The translations under genes were made by a program, and so were the position numbers. DNA of 64,000 nt. Source: SAR324 cluster bacterium (GTDB taxonomy: Bacteria > SAR324 > XYD2-FULL-50-16 > HCM1). The stretch spans positions 77,125-141,124 of the forward strand of contig PUHO01000005.1 of the NCBI GenBank assembly GCA_002995645.1, in the 5' to 3' direction. Shown here in pieces: positions 29,262-38,956 of this stretch (positions are counted from its first letter, which is position 1; each line of letters starts with the position of its first letter). Under the pieces are notes generated by a model, which saw only the letters and a program-made list of their open reading frames with translations, was not told where the DNA came from and made no database searches.

Positions 29262-32192
29262 TTATTTAACTGTAACCGCTTTTGGAAGCGCCATTTTTAT
29301 TGGTTCATGCCAGACTTTTTGTTGTAATAATGTTTTCTTTACTACGGCTTGTTTCAAAATAGATTTTTTGACTCTATCCCCTTTAGCATAGCCATAAACT
29401 GCTAGTTGCCTTTGATTTTTTGCAGATAACATTTTTGATACTACTGTTTTCACATCTTGCAAAGAATAAGGTTTAAGTACGGCAGCTAGTTTTTTTCGCC
29501 TATTAAAATCAAATCGTTGCATTGTAATTTCTTGCCAATCTTCAGTAAAATACGATTCAAGAGAAAGATGTAAATCTTCTGTTAGTGCATGTAGCATTGT
29601 TTTTTTAACTACTGTAAAAGCTGCTTTTTGCTTAGCTAAACTTGCCTGATTCTTTTGTAAAAACAGATCGACTCGTTGTTGCAAATAAAGCGGTTTTTTC
29701 TTAGATTGAATCAAAAAACCTAGCAATATATGATCTATATAAGCTTGTTGCGTTACTTGAACAATATACCCAAGCTGTTCTTTTGTTCTTAACTGTTGAA
29801 AAAACGGTTGTCCAATCATATTATTATATAAAGCAACGCCAAGACGCTGTTTCATTGTTGGTTTTTGTATATAATAAATACGGAACAAAGCACGATTGAC
29901 GTCTTTTGTTCTTCTAACGGCAATGGTTGTTTTTCCTTGTGGCACAACTAAATAAGCGCTTGTTGTCATATTATCCCGTGCACCACTAGCGCCAAGCTTC
30001 GTTTCTAGTTGCGTATATAACTGTTTCGCAAAGGTCGGTTGTACACTGCCTTCTACAAAAACAATATAATGTTTTTTACTAAATAAAGTAGGCATAAATT
30101 GTTTTAAATCGGCAAACTTAATTTTAGATAACGCCTTTGCAAGTTCTTGATGAGAAAATTCATGTTTACGTACTAACATATTAGTTTCAAAAATCACTTG
30201 CTTATATGCCGGTTCAAAAGCTGCATTTTTAAATTCTTGCATACTTGCTTGCTTACTTAACTCAAACAAGCGTTGCATGTTTTTCATCTTTTTAACAGTA
30301 ATAAAAGAACTTAAAATATTATCAAATAAAAGAGGTTGTTTTTCAGCAAAGCCACTTAAAGAAATATAAATTCCTTTATCATTATCTAAAGAAATATTAT
30401 AGTATAAACCGGCTGCCTCGGCAGCTACCATTTTCCTTTGCAAAGAAAGGGAGACCATTTTTTTATATAAATAAGTCAAGATAGTATGTTGCGCCGTATC
30501 ATATGAATTAGGTAGTGAAATACGAACTTTAACGTAACTAGTCGGTTTACGGAACTTGTTATTATATCTATACCAAAGCTGTCCTTTACTCGCCACAGAA
30601 AGCAACGACGGTTTAGCGTCTAACTTAGGTTTATCATTTACTTGTAAACGTTCCGGAATAAATTCATTTTTTTGCGGAACTTGAAACGAAGCTAGGCTTG
30701 TTTTATATAACTTGCTCTCTGTTTGTATTTTGTGCGTTTGTTTTTGTACTTTATATTGTACTTTGTACCAACGATCTGTTTTGAAACTGGCTAGGTCTTT
30801 TTTATTTTGTTTAAACATAGCATATACGTACATATTCTTTGGCGTTATCGCCTTTAATATGTTTTGCAATTTTGCATCGTCATACTTTGCATACATAGAA
30901 GGGAAAATAATTAAATCTTCCGGATTAACATAGCGCATTGACATAGAAAGAGATATAGCATAACTGGTGCCTACCGGTTTCTCGCCGAACTCTCTATTAT
31001 TTAAAGCTAATACTTCTTGTTCATGATAATATTCTTTCCAATCAGCTTGTTTTTTCATTTTCTCTACATAAGCAAAAAATAGATCTATAATTTCTTGCTG
31101 ATGTTTTAAGCCTGTTCTCGTTAAATCAATCCCCACAGTAATAGCGCTTTGATCGCCAACTGTTGTCATTTGATCTAACCCCATTTGAGAGATCCAGCCT
31201 TTAGAACGAAGCAAATCTATAACACTGCCTTTTGATTCTGTTCCTAAGACGTATGACACTACGCTTAACAATTTATTTTTATATTCTTCTCTTTTAGATT
31301 CAATAGGAAACAAAAGAAGTAACGTACGTCTATCACCAATCGGATTAATTGTAACGTGGATTGGATCTTTTGTAAAAACCGGTTTTCCTTTCCATGAAGC
31401 CGTGGCAACTTTACCGTCTGCAATAGCCGTAAATTTGCTTCGTACTTCCTTTTCCAGTGTAGCAAGCGGTTGTTTTGAAATAATCGCTAATTGCATTGCA
31501 CTTGCTTTATAATGTTCTTTGTAAAAAGCTTTTGCCGCCTTTTGTAAGTCTTCTTTTTTATCTTTTACATTATGATACAAGGTTTCCGTGTTTCCTGTTG
31601 CAAATAAATGATACGGATGGTTTGGATTGCCTGTTGCTTGTATAACGCGAAATAAACGCGACATATCTTGTTGGCTATTTTTTTGATGTTCTGAGCTAAC
31701 GGCGTTTAATTCTTTTGCAATATAATGGGCGCTCAAGTTGGGCGAAGCAAACATATCGGCAAAACGACTTAACGCACCGGATAAAGCGTCATCTTGTACA
31801 GAGAAAAAGAAGTTTGTATTTTCATGCATTGTAAAAGCATTAGACGAACCGCCGTGATTAGAAATATACTGCATAAGCGAATCCGGTCCATAGTGCTTAC
31901 TACCTAAAAATAGCATATGCTCAATAAAATGAGCTAAACCTTGTCGGTCACTAGGATTGTATATATGTCCGGTATTAACGTTCAAAGAAACGGCCGTTTT
32001 TTTTGCATCTACATCAGATACTAATAAAACTTTTAAATTATTTTTAAGAACAAGGTATTTATACTGCCTTTTATCATATTTACTATGCTTTAAAATCACT
32101 GCTTTCGCATATGAATTAGCAGTCATAGCAAAAAAACATACTATTGTTAATAAATAAAATAAACCTGTTACAAACCGTTTTTTTCCTTGCAT
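29262..32192 (-). CDS. Secreted M16 (pitrilysin/insulinase-family) zinc peptidase
   Basis: Inverted zinc motif HFIEHMLFLGS (HxxEH) with a downstream E; about 976 aa; signal peptide MQGKKRFVTGLFYLLTIVCFFAMTANSYA. I prefer ATG 32192, with GGAG 6 nt upstream, to the tracked TTG at 32204. Confidence 0.85.
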   Translation of the reverse strand: MQGKKRFVTGLFYLLTIVCFFAMTANSYAKAVILKHSKYDKRQYKYLVLKNNLKVLLVSDVDAKKTAVSLNVNTGHIYNPSDRQGLAHFIEHMLFLGSKHYGPDSLMQYISNHGGSSNAFTMHENTNFFFSVQDDALSGALSRFADMFASPNLSAHYIAKELNAVSSEHQKNSQQDMSRLFRVIQATGNPNHPYHLFATGNTETLYHNVKDKKEDLQKAAKAFYKEHYKASAMQLAIISKQPLATLEKEVRSKFTAIADGKVATASWKGKPVFTKDPIHVTINPIGDRRTLLLLFPIESKREEYKNKLLSVVSYVLGTESKGSVIDLLRSKGWISQMGLDQMTTVGDQSAITVGIDLTRTGLKHQQEIIDLFFAYVEKMKKQADWKEYYHEQEVLALNNREFGEKPVGTSYAISLSMSMRYVNPEDLIIFPSMYAKYDDAKLQNILKAITPKNMYVYAMFKQNKKDLASFKTDRWYKVQYKVQKQTHKIQTESKLYKTSLASFQVPQKNEFIPERLQVNDKPKLDAKPSLLSVASKGQLWYRYNNKFRKPTSYVKVRISLPNSYDTAQHTILTYLYKKMVSLSLQRKMVAAEAAGLYYNISLDNDKGIYISLSGFAEKQPLLFDNILSSFITVKKMKNMQRLFELSKQASMQEFKNAAFEPAYKQVIFETNMLVRKHEFSHQELAKALSKIKFADLKQFMPTLFSKKHYIVFVEGSVQPTFAKQLYTQLETKLGASGARDNMTTSAYLVVPQGKTTIAVRRTKDVNRALFRIYYIQKPTMKQRLGVALYNNMIGQPFFQQLRTKEQLGYIVQVTQQAYIDHILLGFLIQSKKKPLYLQQRVDLFLQKNQASLAKQKAAFTVVKKTMLHALTEDLHLSLESYFTEDWQEITMQRFDFNRRKKLAAVLKPYSLQDVKTVVSKMLSAKNQRQLAVYGYAKGDRVKKSILKQAVVKKTLLQQKVWHEPIKMALPKAVTVK

Positions 32193-32614
32193 TTCAAGCT
32201 CCAATATGATTGACTAGACGCATATAGCGTTAATTAAGATTATCGTAGTCTATCATTTACGTATTGATTCATGCAAGTAAAACTTAGGAATCCCGGCTGC
32301 TCATTTTGCCGCTACTATAATCCTAGCTTTATGCTAAGAAAAGAAGCCGTACCAGCAGCTTGCACTTTAAACGCAACCCGTATTCGTTTATACCCTCATA
32401 AAAGTTGGAGATGGACAAAGTGCCTTTACCCGTCCATTAAAAACCGCACTCATTATTGCAAACATTTTAAGTTTAAAGGATTTTCCTATACTATTTTTGC
32501 TCTATTCGTTTCTTTTATATACAGACCGGCTTTGCAAGAAAAACCGGCGTTCTTATATACAATTTGGTGGAGAAAAAAAGAAAAAAAGGACGATCATAAA
32601 TAACGTAAGGCAAG

Positions 32615-34939
32615 CTAGTTTAGCTCAATCGTTCCTTTTATATTAGGATCAAACAACAGCTTCTTTGCCACAGGTTGTACGACTAATTTTTGAAAAGCTA
32701 GTTTTAGCGGTCTAGCACCAAAGGCGGGATCAAAACCTTGCTCTACAATTTTATGTCGCATAGATTCAGACAAATTAACTACAATATCTTTATTTTGCAA
32801 TTTTGCATTAAGTTCTATTAATTCTTTATTAACTAGCTTTAAAATAACTTCTTCACTTAATGTTTTATACTCTAAAATAGCATCTAAACGACCAAGTAAT
32901 TCAGGTTTCAAAAAAGAACGCGGTTCTTTCAAATTAGACGTTAGAAACAAGATAGTATTTTTAAAGTCAACTTGTTTACCTTGCGTATCTGTTAACCTTC
33001 CTTCGTCTAGGATTTGCAATAAAATATCACTAAAATCAATATGCGCTTTTTCTATTTCGTCAAACAAAATCACGCTATACGGTTTCTTACGTATAGCCTC
33101 AGTTAAAATACCGCCTTTTTCATAGCCAACATACCCCGGAGGAGCGCCGATTAACTTAGCAATAGAATGGGCTTCACTATATTCAGATAAATCTAACGTT
33201 AGTAAATGGCTGTTATCACCAAATAAAAAACTAGCAATTGCTTTTGCCGTTTCCGTTTTCCCTACACCGGACGATCCAAGTAGCAAAAAGCTGCCTAGCG
33301 CTCTCGTTGTGTCATGTAAACCGGCGTGCGCTGTAATGAGATTATCGGCTATAGTCGTTAACGCTTCGTCTTGACCAAGTATACGCTTTTTTAAATACCC
33401 TTCTAGTTGTAAAAACTTTTCTTGCCTATCTTGTAAAATACGTTCAACGTCAATTCCCGTTATCCTTGCAATCACTTCAGCAACATGAATCGACTCTACT
33501 TTCCATGAAATTTCATAGCGATCAAGTTCTTTTTGCCTTTCCGGAATGGTAGCGTGTTTCAAACGAGACGCTTTTTCAAAGTCGCCTGTTTGCTCTGCTT
33601 GTTGATATTCAAAATTAAGTTGTTCTAATTCTTTTTTTAAAGCGGCGACGATCTTTATATCTTTTGTTTTTTCTTCCCACTCTTTCCTATCTATATTAAA
33701 CTTTTCTTCTAATACAGATATTTCATTTTGTAGCTGCATATCTTTAGGTCTAGCCGCAGCTAGCACTTTCTTACTACGAATCAAGCTTTCTTGCTCTTCT
33801 AACTCAGGCGGCTTTAATTCAGCGCTAAACTTAAGCGCCGCACAAGCTTCGTCAAGCGCGTCAATTGCTTTATCCGGTAAAAAACGGGACGTAATGAATT
33901 GTTGAGAAAAATAAACGGCAGCAACAATAGCGGCGTCGGAAACCTCTACTTGATGATGTATTTCTAGTTTTTCACGTAATCCAATAAGAATTTGAATACT
34001 ATCTTCTGCAGTCGGTTCTAGTATTTGAATAGAATGAAACCGCCTTTCCAGCGCCGAATCGCTTTCAATATAGCGTTTATATTCGTCATAGGTAGTCGCG
34101 CCAATGCAATTTAATTCGCCTCTTGCTAATGCCGGTTTTAATAAATTAGCAATATCTAGCGCGCCGTCCGTTTTACCGGCACCTATAATAAGGTGTATTT
34201 CATCTATAAATAAAATAATATTTCTATTATTCTTTTTTATAAATGAAAGTAGTTCAGTAATACGTTCCTCAAACTCACCTCTATACTTTGTTCCCGCCAT
34301 GAGCGAACCCATATTCAACGAATATACAGTTTTACCTTGTATGGATTCAGGCACTTGCTTTTGTTCTATTAAACCAACAAAGCCTTCTACAATAGCGGTT
34401 TTTCCCACTCCGGGCAAACCAATTAATACGGGATTATTCTTTGTTCTGCGACTTAAGATTTCTTGCAATCTTCGTATTTCTTGAGCACGTCCAATAACAG
34501 GATCTAACTTGCCGGCTTGAAACCGTTCGTTCAAATTATCAAGAAAAGCAGGCACTTCTGCTTCTTGATCTTGTCCCTCTATGGGTTCAATTTGTAACGT
34601 AGGGAAATACTGTTTTATATGTTTGACTAAGTCAACTTCTTGGATAAGATCGCGTCCTTGCTCTATAGCATGAGACATAGCAAGAGTAATCCACTCGGAA
34701 AGCGAAGAAGACGCCTTCAACTGCGCAAGATCTTGCGGTTTATCCAGCGTTGGAAGCGATTCAAGTAGTTGTATAATAGTGTTTTCTTCTGATTGCAAAT
34801 ATTTTGAAGCAACACTCTTTGGCGTCTTTAAAAGACCGTATAATAAATGTATTGGTGATAATTCACTGTTTTTTCTTTGAATAGCTTGTGACTGAGCTAA
34901 GGTCATTGCTTTCGTCACAGTTTCATCAAATCGTTCCAT
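32615..34939 (-). CDS. clpB: ClpB-type AAA+ disaggregase
   Basis: Clp N-domain; two Walker A sites (GLPGVGKTAIVEG and LLGSSGVGKTETAKA); a coiled-coil middle region; GARPLKLAFQ sensor motif. Confidence 0.9.
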   Translation of the reverse strand: MERFDETVTKAMTLAQSQAIQRKNSELSPIHLLYGLLKTPKSVASKYLQSEENTIIQLLESLPTLDKPQDLAQLKASSSLSEWITLAMSHAIEQGRDLIQEVDLVKHIKQYFPTLQIEPIEGQDQEAEVPAFLDNLNERFQAGKLDPVIGRAQEIRRLQEILSRRTKNNPVLIGLPGVGKTAIVEGFVGLIEQKQVPESIQGKTVYSLNMGSLMAGTKYRGEFEERITELLSFIKKNNRNIILFIDEIHLIIGAGKTDGALDIANLLKPALARGELNCIGATTYDEYKRYIESDSALERRFHSIQILEPTAEDSIQILIGLREKLEIHHQVEVSDAAIVAAVYFSQQFITSRFLPDKAIDALDEACAALKFSAELKPPELEEQESLIRSKKVLAAARPKDMQLQNEISVLEEKFNIDRKEWEEKTKDIKIVAALKKELEQLNFEYQQAEQTGDFEKASRLKHATIPERQKELDRYEISWKVESIHVAEVIARITGIDVERILQDRQEKFLQLEGYLKKRILGQDEALTTIADNLITAHAGLHDTTRALGSFLLLGSSGVGKTETAKAIASFLFGDNSHLLTLDLSEYSEAHSIAKLIGAPPGYVGYEKGGILTEAIRKKPYSVILFDEIEKAHIDFSDILLQILDEGRLTDTQGKQVDFKNTILFLTSNLKEPRSFLKPELLGRLDAILEYKTLSEEVILKLVNKELIELNAKLQNKDIVVNLSESMRHKIVEQGFDPAFGARPLKLAFQKLVVQPVAKKLLFDPNIKGTIELN

Positions 34940-34972
34940 TTATTTTCTCTATGAACTGTTTACGTTACCTAA

Positions 34973-35518
34973 TTAAAAAGTCAGCAATTCTTTTTCTTTT
35001 TTGCTAGCTAGTTCGTCAATAGTAACAATAAACTTATCTGTCATTTTTTGGACTTTATCCTTACCTTGTTTTTCTTCGTCTTCACTTACTGAATCGTCTT
35101 TTTTCAATTCGTCGTTAATATCACGTCTAACGTTACGGACTGATACTCTTGCTTCTTCAGCAAGTTTCTTAACTTGCTTAACAAGATCTTTACGTCTTTC
35201 TTCACTAAGTGCCGGAATAGGCAAGCGAATAACGTTACCATCATTTTGCGGTGTAATGCCGAGATCTGCCTTAAGAATCGCCTTTTCAATTATAGAAAGC
35301 AAATTCTTTTCCCAAGGAGCTATAACTAACAGTTGCGCTTCTGGTGCGCTAACATTTCCCACTTGAGCAAGAGCCGTCGGCGTTCCATAGTAATCAATAC
35401 TAATATCGTCTAATAACGCAGGAGTAGCTCTTCCCGCTCTGATTTTTAATAAAGTTTTTTCAAAAAAATCAATTACCTTCTGCATTCTTACTTGCGCTTT
35501 TTGCTCTATACTCGACAT
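34973..35518 (-). CDS. frr: Ribosome recycling factor
   Basis: A 181-aa protein with LLDDISIDYYGTPTALAQVGNVSAPEAQLLVIAPWEK and VRNVRRD motifs. Confidence 0.95.
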   Translation of the reverse strand: MSSIEQKAQVRMQKVIDFFEKTLLKIRAGRATPALLDDISIDYYGTPTALAQVGNVSAPEAQLLVIAPWEKNLLSIIEKAILKADLGITPQNDGNVIRLPIPALSEERRKDLVKQVKKLAEEARVSVRNVRRDINDELKKDDSVSEDEEKQGKDKVQKMTDKFIVTIDELASKKEKELLTF

Positions 35519-35601
35519 ATCTACCTTTGATGATAAACGTTATTATTGTACTTTGTTTTTTATTATTTAATTAGTACTATACAAAAAAATTAATCAAAAA
35601 C

Positions 35602-37683
35602 CTAGCTTTGCTCTACAAACGTAACTTCATATTGTTTACCTTCTCTAGTAACAATAAGTTGTTCCCCTGCTAGCTTAGCCGTAACCGCTCGATCTTGATT
35701 CAATTTAGACGGAACAAGTAGCGTAACAATAGAATGTTTCTTCTTTGCTTTAAACTCTGTTCTTACATGGCTATGTACGTCTAAGTCTTCAAATTCTTTT
35801 GGATTCACTTCACCAAAACCGATTACATATTCTACTGATTCTATATTTTCTTGTTCTGTAAGAAAAGAAACGTCTAATTTACTTTTTTCGCCTTTAATAG
35901 TAAACCCTTTTTCTTTCGTGTCAGCACTAAAAGTAGTATGCATTAACCAAGTAATAGTTTGTTCGTCTGTTGTTTCCACAATATCACGTATAACAAAAAC
36001 GTCACCTTCTATAGAATGGATTTCTCGTTTACACGATTTAATACTAGGTACATGAAAACGATATGCTTCTGTTGCATCACCAACAAGAAAAGGCACGTTT
36101 TTATTTTCATCATACGACGTAATTTTACCTGCTGCATCTAAACAATTTTGATCTTTATGCGTTTTGCTAGACGTTGCGTTCTCGCCGTATTGACCTTTGC
36201 CACCAATTAAAATTAAATTTTTTGAACATGTTTGTCTACGCCATTTTAAATGCATATCCACGCCGTAACCACCGTAATAACCGGTAATAGCCGCTAACGT
36301 TTCTCCATAAGCATGTAAAGTAAACGCATTTTGATCGCCATGTGAATGGCTAATTGATCCAAAAGGACTAGATTTAAAAATCAAATGAACGTGCTCTTCT
36401 TTATTAGGCATATCTTTGTGAAATGCTGCCCAGCCCACTTCAGGGAATACTTTCAAATAAGGATCTGCTTGTGGTTTTTCTTCTTTTAGCTCTTCGCACA
36501 AATGACCAAAACGTAATGTGTCATAGTTAAAATCCCACCAGCCATAATTATAAAATTTACTTTCTGCGTCTTTATCTCTTGCTTTTAGTTGGTTAAAGTA
36601 CCACATATATACAGGATTATTACTAAGAGAAGAAAACACGCGTAAATTATACGCTAATTTTAACCCCGGCAAATCACCTATACTAGATTGATCGCAAAAG
36701 CTAGCTCGTCTTGAATGTACCGGCATACAATTTAAAATAAAAGCGCCTGTATTTCTATAAAACTCTTTTTGATATAAATCAATTCCTATATAACCTTTAA
36801 CATAATCAAACGCTTCTGTAAGAACGGCCATTGCCGTATTCCAATAGTCGGCTCCTTCCGCCCAAGCGCCGTCTCTTCCTCCCCAAGGCGGATATTGTCC
36901 GGCATAGTATTTTAAAGCGTATGCTAAATATTCTTTTGCTTTATCATATTCTCCATATAAAGCAATACAACAAGGAACAACTACACTACTAATACTACGA
37001 ACGCCATGACTATTTAACGGATTTTCAGTAAGCTGAATTTCATTATATAAATGATCGATGACTTCTTCTAAGCGAATAATAATACGATCTTTTATTTTTG
37101 CTCTTTCTTCGTCGGTTAATTTTTCATATAACCAATCGTAGCCCCAAGCTAAAGCAGCAACCACGCGAAAAGCAGCTTCATCGTTATACGCTCTTGACGT
37201 TGCGCCTTGCGGATCATATTCTGCAAGAGATAGCAACCATGCTTTTGCCGTGTTAAAAGCATCAATATTTTTTTCTATTTTAGCAATAATAGATAGATTA
37301 CGAACTACGTTTAACGATTCTTGGCAAGCAATATACATTCTTCTCCAATAAGGACGCCATAAACGAGTTTCTTTAACTGTCTCAGGTGGATATACTGACG
37401 GTGCTTCATGCGGCTCTACGCCAATCCATTTTTGTTGCGCCTTAATAAAATCTTGCCAAGAACAATAATTTACGTCTTGTTTGATCTTTTCTTTAAAAGC
37501 AGGAATCTCTTTTGCTTTCATGAATAATCTTGGATGAGCTAAAGGCAAACCTTCAAGGGCAGTCAAATCAACGTCCATTTTTTCTACTTGTATAGGCAAT
37601 CCACTTAACTTATTACCGGCAGATAAATCGTTAAGGCGCTTAATTTCTCTAATTCTTTTTTCGTTATCTGTTTGTGTACTCAT
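35602..37683 (-). CDS. Heparinase II/III-like polysaccharide lyase (cytoplasmic; alpha/alpha toroid plus beta-sandwich type)
   Basis: C-terminal GSISHSHGDQNAFTLHAYGETLA matches the heparinase II/III-like HxH..D..F pattern. The N-terminal helical domain is rich in W/Y. No signal peptide. Confidence 0.7.
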   Translation of the reverse strand: MSTQTDNEKRIREIKRLNDLSAGNKLSGLPIQVEKMDVDLTALEGLPLAHPRLFMKAKEIPAFKEKIKQDVNYCSWQDFIKAQQKWIGVEPHEAPSVYPPETVKETRLWRPYWRRMYIACQESLNVVRNLSIIAKIEKNIDAFNTAKAWLLSLAEYDPQGATSRAYNDEAAFRVVAALAWGYDWLYEKLTDEERAKIKDRIIIRLEEVIDHLYNEIQLTENPLNSHGVRSISSVVVPCCIALYGEYDKAKEYLAYALKYYAGQYPPWGGRDGAWAEGADYWNTAMAVLTEAFDYVKGYIGIDLYQKEFYRNTGAFILNCMPVHSRRASFCDQSSIGDLPGLKLAYNLRVFSSLSNNPVYMWYFNQLKARDKDAESKFYNYGWWDFNYDTLRFGHLCEELKEEKPQADPYLKVFPEVGWAAFHKDMPNKEEHVHLIFKSSPFGSISHSHGDQNAFTLHAYGETLAAITGYYGGYGVDMHLKWRRQTCSKNLILIGGKGQYGENATSSKTHKDQNCLDAAGKITSYDENKNVPFLVGDATEAYRFHVPSIKSCKREIHSIEGDVFVIRDIVETTDEQTITWLMHTTFSADTKEKGFTIKGEKSKLDVSFLTEQENIESVEYVIGFGEVNPKEFEDLDVHSHVRTEFKAKKKHSIVTLLVPSKLNQDRAVTAKLAGEQLIVTREGKQYEVTFVEQS

Positions 37684-37789
37684 AATTATTAGTGCTAAAA
37701 TTTATATTTATATTACATTGTACTCCAAATTAAACGTATACTACCTTTCAATTTGAAGCACAACTTAGTTTACTTATATAAAAACGCGA

Positions 37790-38554
37790 TTACGGCGTAA
37801 ATTCCATACCACCGTTAACGTCAAGTAAAGCACCGGTAAGATATCCACTTGCTGCATTAGAAGCAAAGAATAGAAAAGAAGGAGCTACTTCAGACGGTTC
37901 AGCCGGTCTTCCAAGAGGAATAGAAGAAGCAATTTTAGCTTTTAATTCGTCACTTTTATCATCATGAAATTTTGTATTAATAAAGCCTGGAGCAACAATA
38001 TTAAAACGAATATTACTAGAGCTTAATTCTTTAACCCAAGTTCGTTGCATGTCAGCAACAAATGCTTTAGTTGCACCATAAAGAGAAGCACCTGGACCAC
38101 CACCGGAACGTCCTGCATTAGAACCGGTAGAAACAACGCTTCCACCGTAAGAAGATTTTTTCAAATAAGGAATAGCAGCATTTGTAACAAATACAGCACT
38201 ACGACAATTCAAATCTGTTACGTGTTCGTAAAATTCATCTGTCATTTCACCCATAGCACATCGTCCACCAAGACCGCCTGCATTATTAATTACAACGTCT
38301 ATACCGCCAAAATCACTAGCAAACTTATCTACTACACTCTTACATTCTGCTGAATTTTTAAGATTAGCACTATAATATTGTACTTGTTGCGCACCTGCTG
38401 CTTTAACTTGGCTTACTGCGTCATTCGCTTCTGTTTCCAATCCGTGTAACCCAACTTTTGCACCAAATTTACCTGCTAAAATTGCTGTTGCTAGACCAAT
38501 TCCTGTAGAAGATCCGGTAATTAATATATTTTTTCCTTTTAAGTCACTGTACAT
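37790..38554 (-). CDS. Short-chain dehydrogenase/reductase
   Basis: ITGSSTGIGLATA (TGxxxGxG), NNAG and the YGATKAF (YxxxK) catalytic motif. Confidence 0.9.
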   Translation of the reverse strand: MYSDLKGKNILITGSSTGIGLATAILAGKFGAKVGLHGLETEANDAVSQVKAAGAQQVQYYSANLKNSAECKSVVDKFASDFGGIDVVINNAGGLGGRCAMGEMTDEFYEHVTDLNCRSAVFVTNAAIPYLKKSSYGGSVVSTGSNAGRSGGGPGASLYGATKAFVADMQRTWVKELSSSNIRFNIVAPGFINTKFHDDKSDELKAKIASSIPLGRPAEPSEVAPSFLFFASNAASGYLTGALLDVNGGMEFTP

Positions 38555-38956
38555 AAGTAATGTCCTTTAAAAAAATGTGTTGTTATTAAATTCATTATAA
38601 ATTATGAATTATATTTTATTCTAAACTAAAGAATAATTTTTTATATCAAATTATAATTATAAAATTATTTAATCTAAAAAGTCAAGCATATAAATTTTTT
38701 ATAGTACTTATTGCTCTATTCCCTCAATGTAACACAAAATAAAACTAAGTTTGAATTACTTTTATATAGTAAATAATAATATTATTATTGACTTTATTTT
38801 TTTTATGGTTTTATATATTAGGAAAGTGCTTTTTATAACTTGCTTATATAATTCTCTTATACATACCTATATACTTAAGATATAACACTAGTTGCACTTT
38901 GCTATATACTAAATAAACTTACTAAATAATTTATTGATTTTTAATGGAGTATACTA

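Noticed and set aside
32271-32603. 110-aa ORF on the + strand between the M16 peptidase gene and clpB
   Set aside because: It has no Shine-Dalgarno, an odd composition (many Cys/Trp/Arg/Tyr) and no motif. It runs across what should be the clpB terminator and the peptidase promoter. I treat the region as non-coding (see finding).
32205-32614. Possible tmRNA (ssrA), because the gap size fits and the minus strand contains CTCCACCA
   Set aside because: The sequence 5' of that CCA on the minus strand is CGTCCTTTTTTTCTTTTTTT, with no T-arm (GGTTCGAATCC-like) or acceptor pairing. There is no GGGGCTGA-type 5' end and no tag-peptide reading frame on either strand.
38555-38956. Operator palindromes in the divergent promoter region of the lyase locus (for example ATTCAT-N8-ATGAAT near 38594-38613)
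   Set aside because: The arms are short, the sequence is extremely AT-rich and no regulator gene is present in the locus, so this is not distinguishable from chance.
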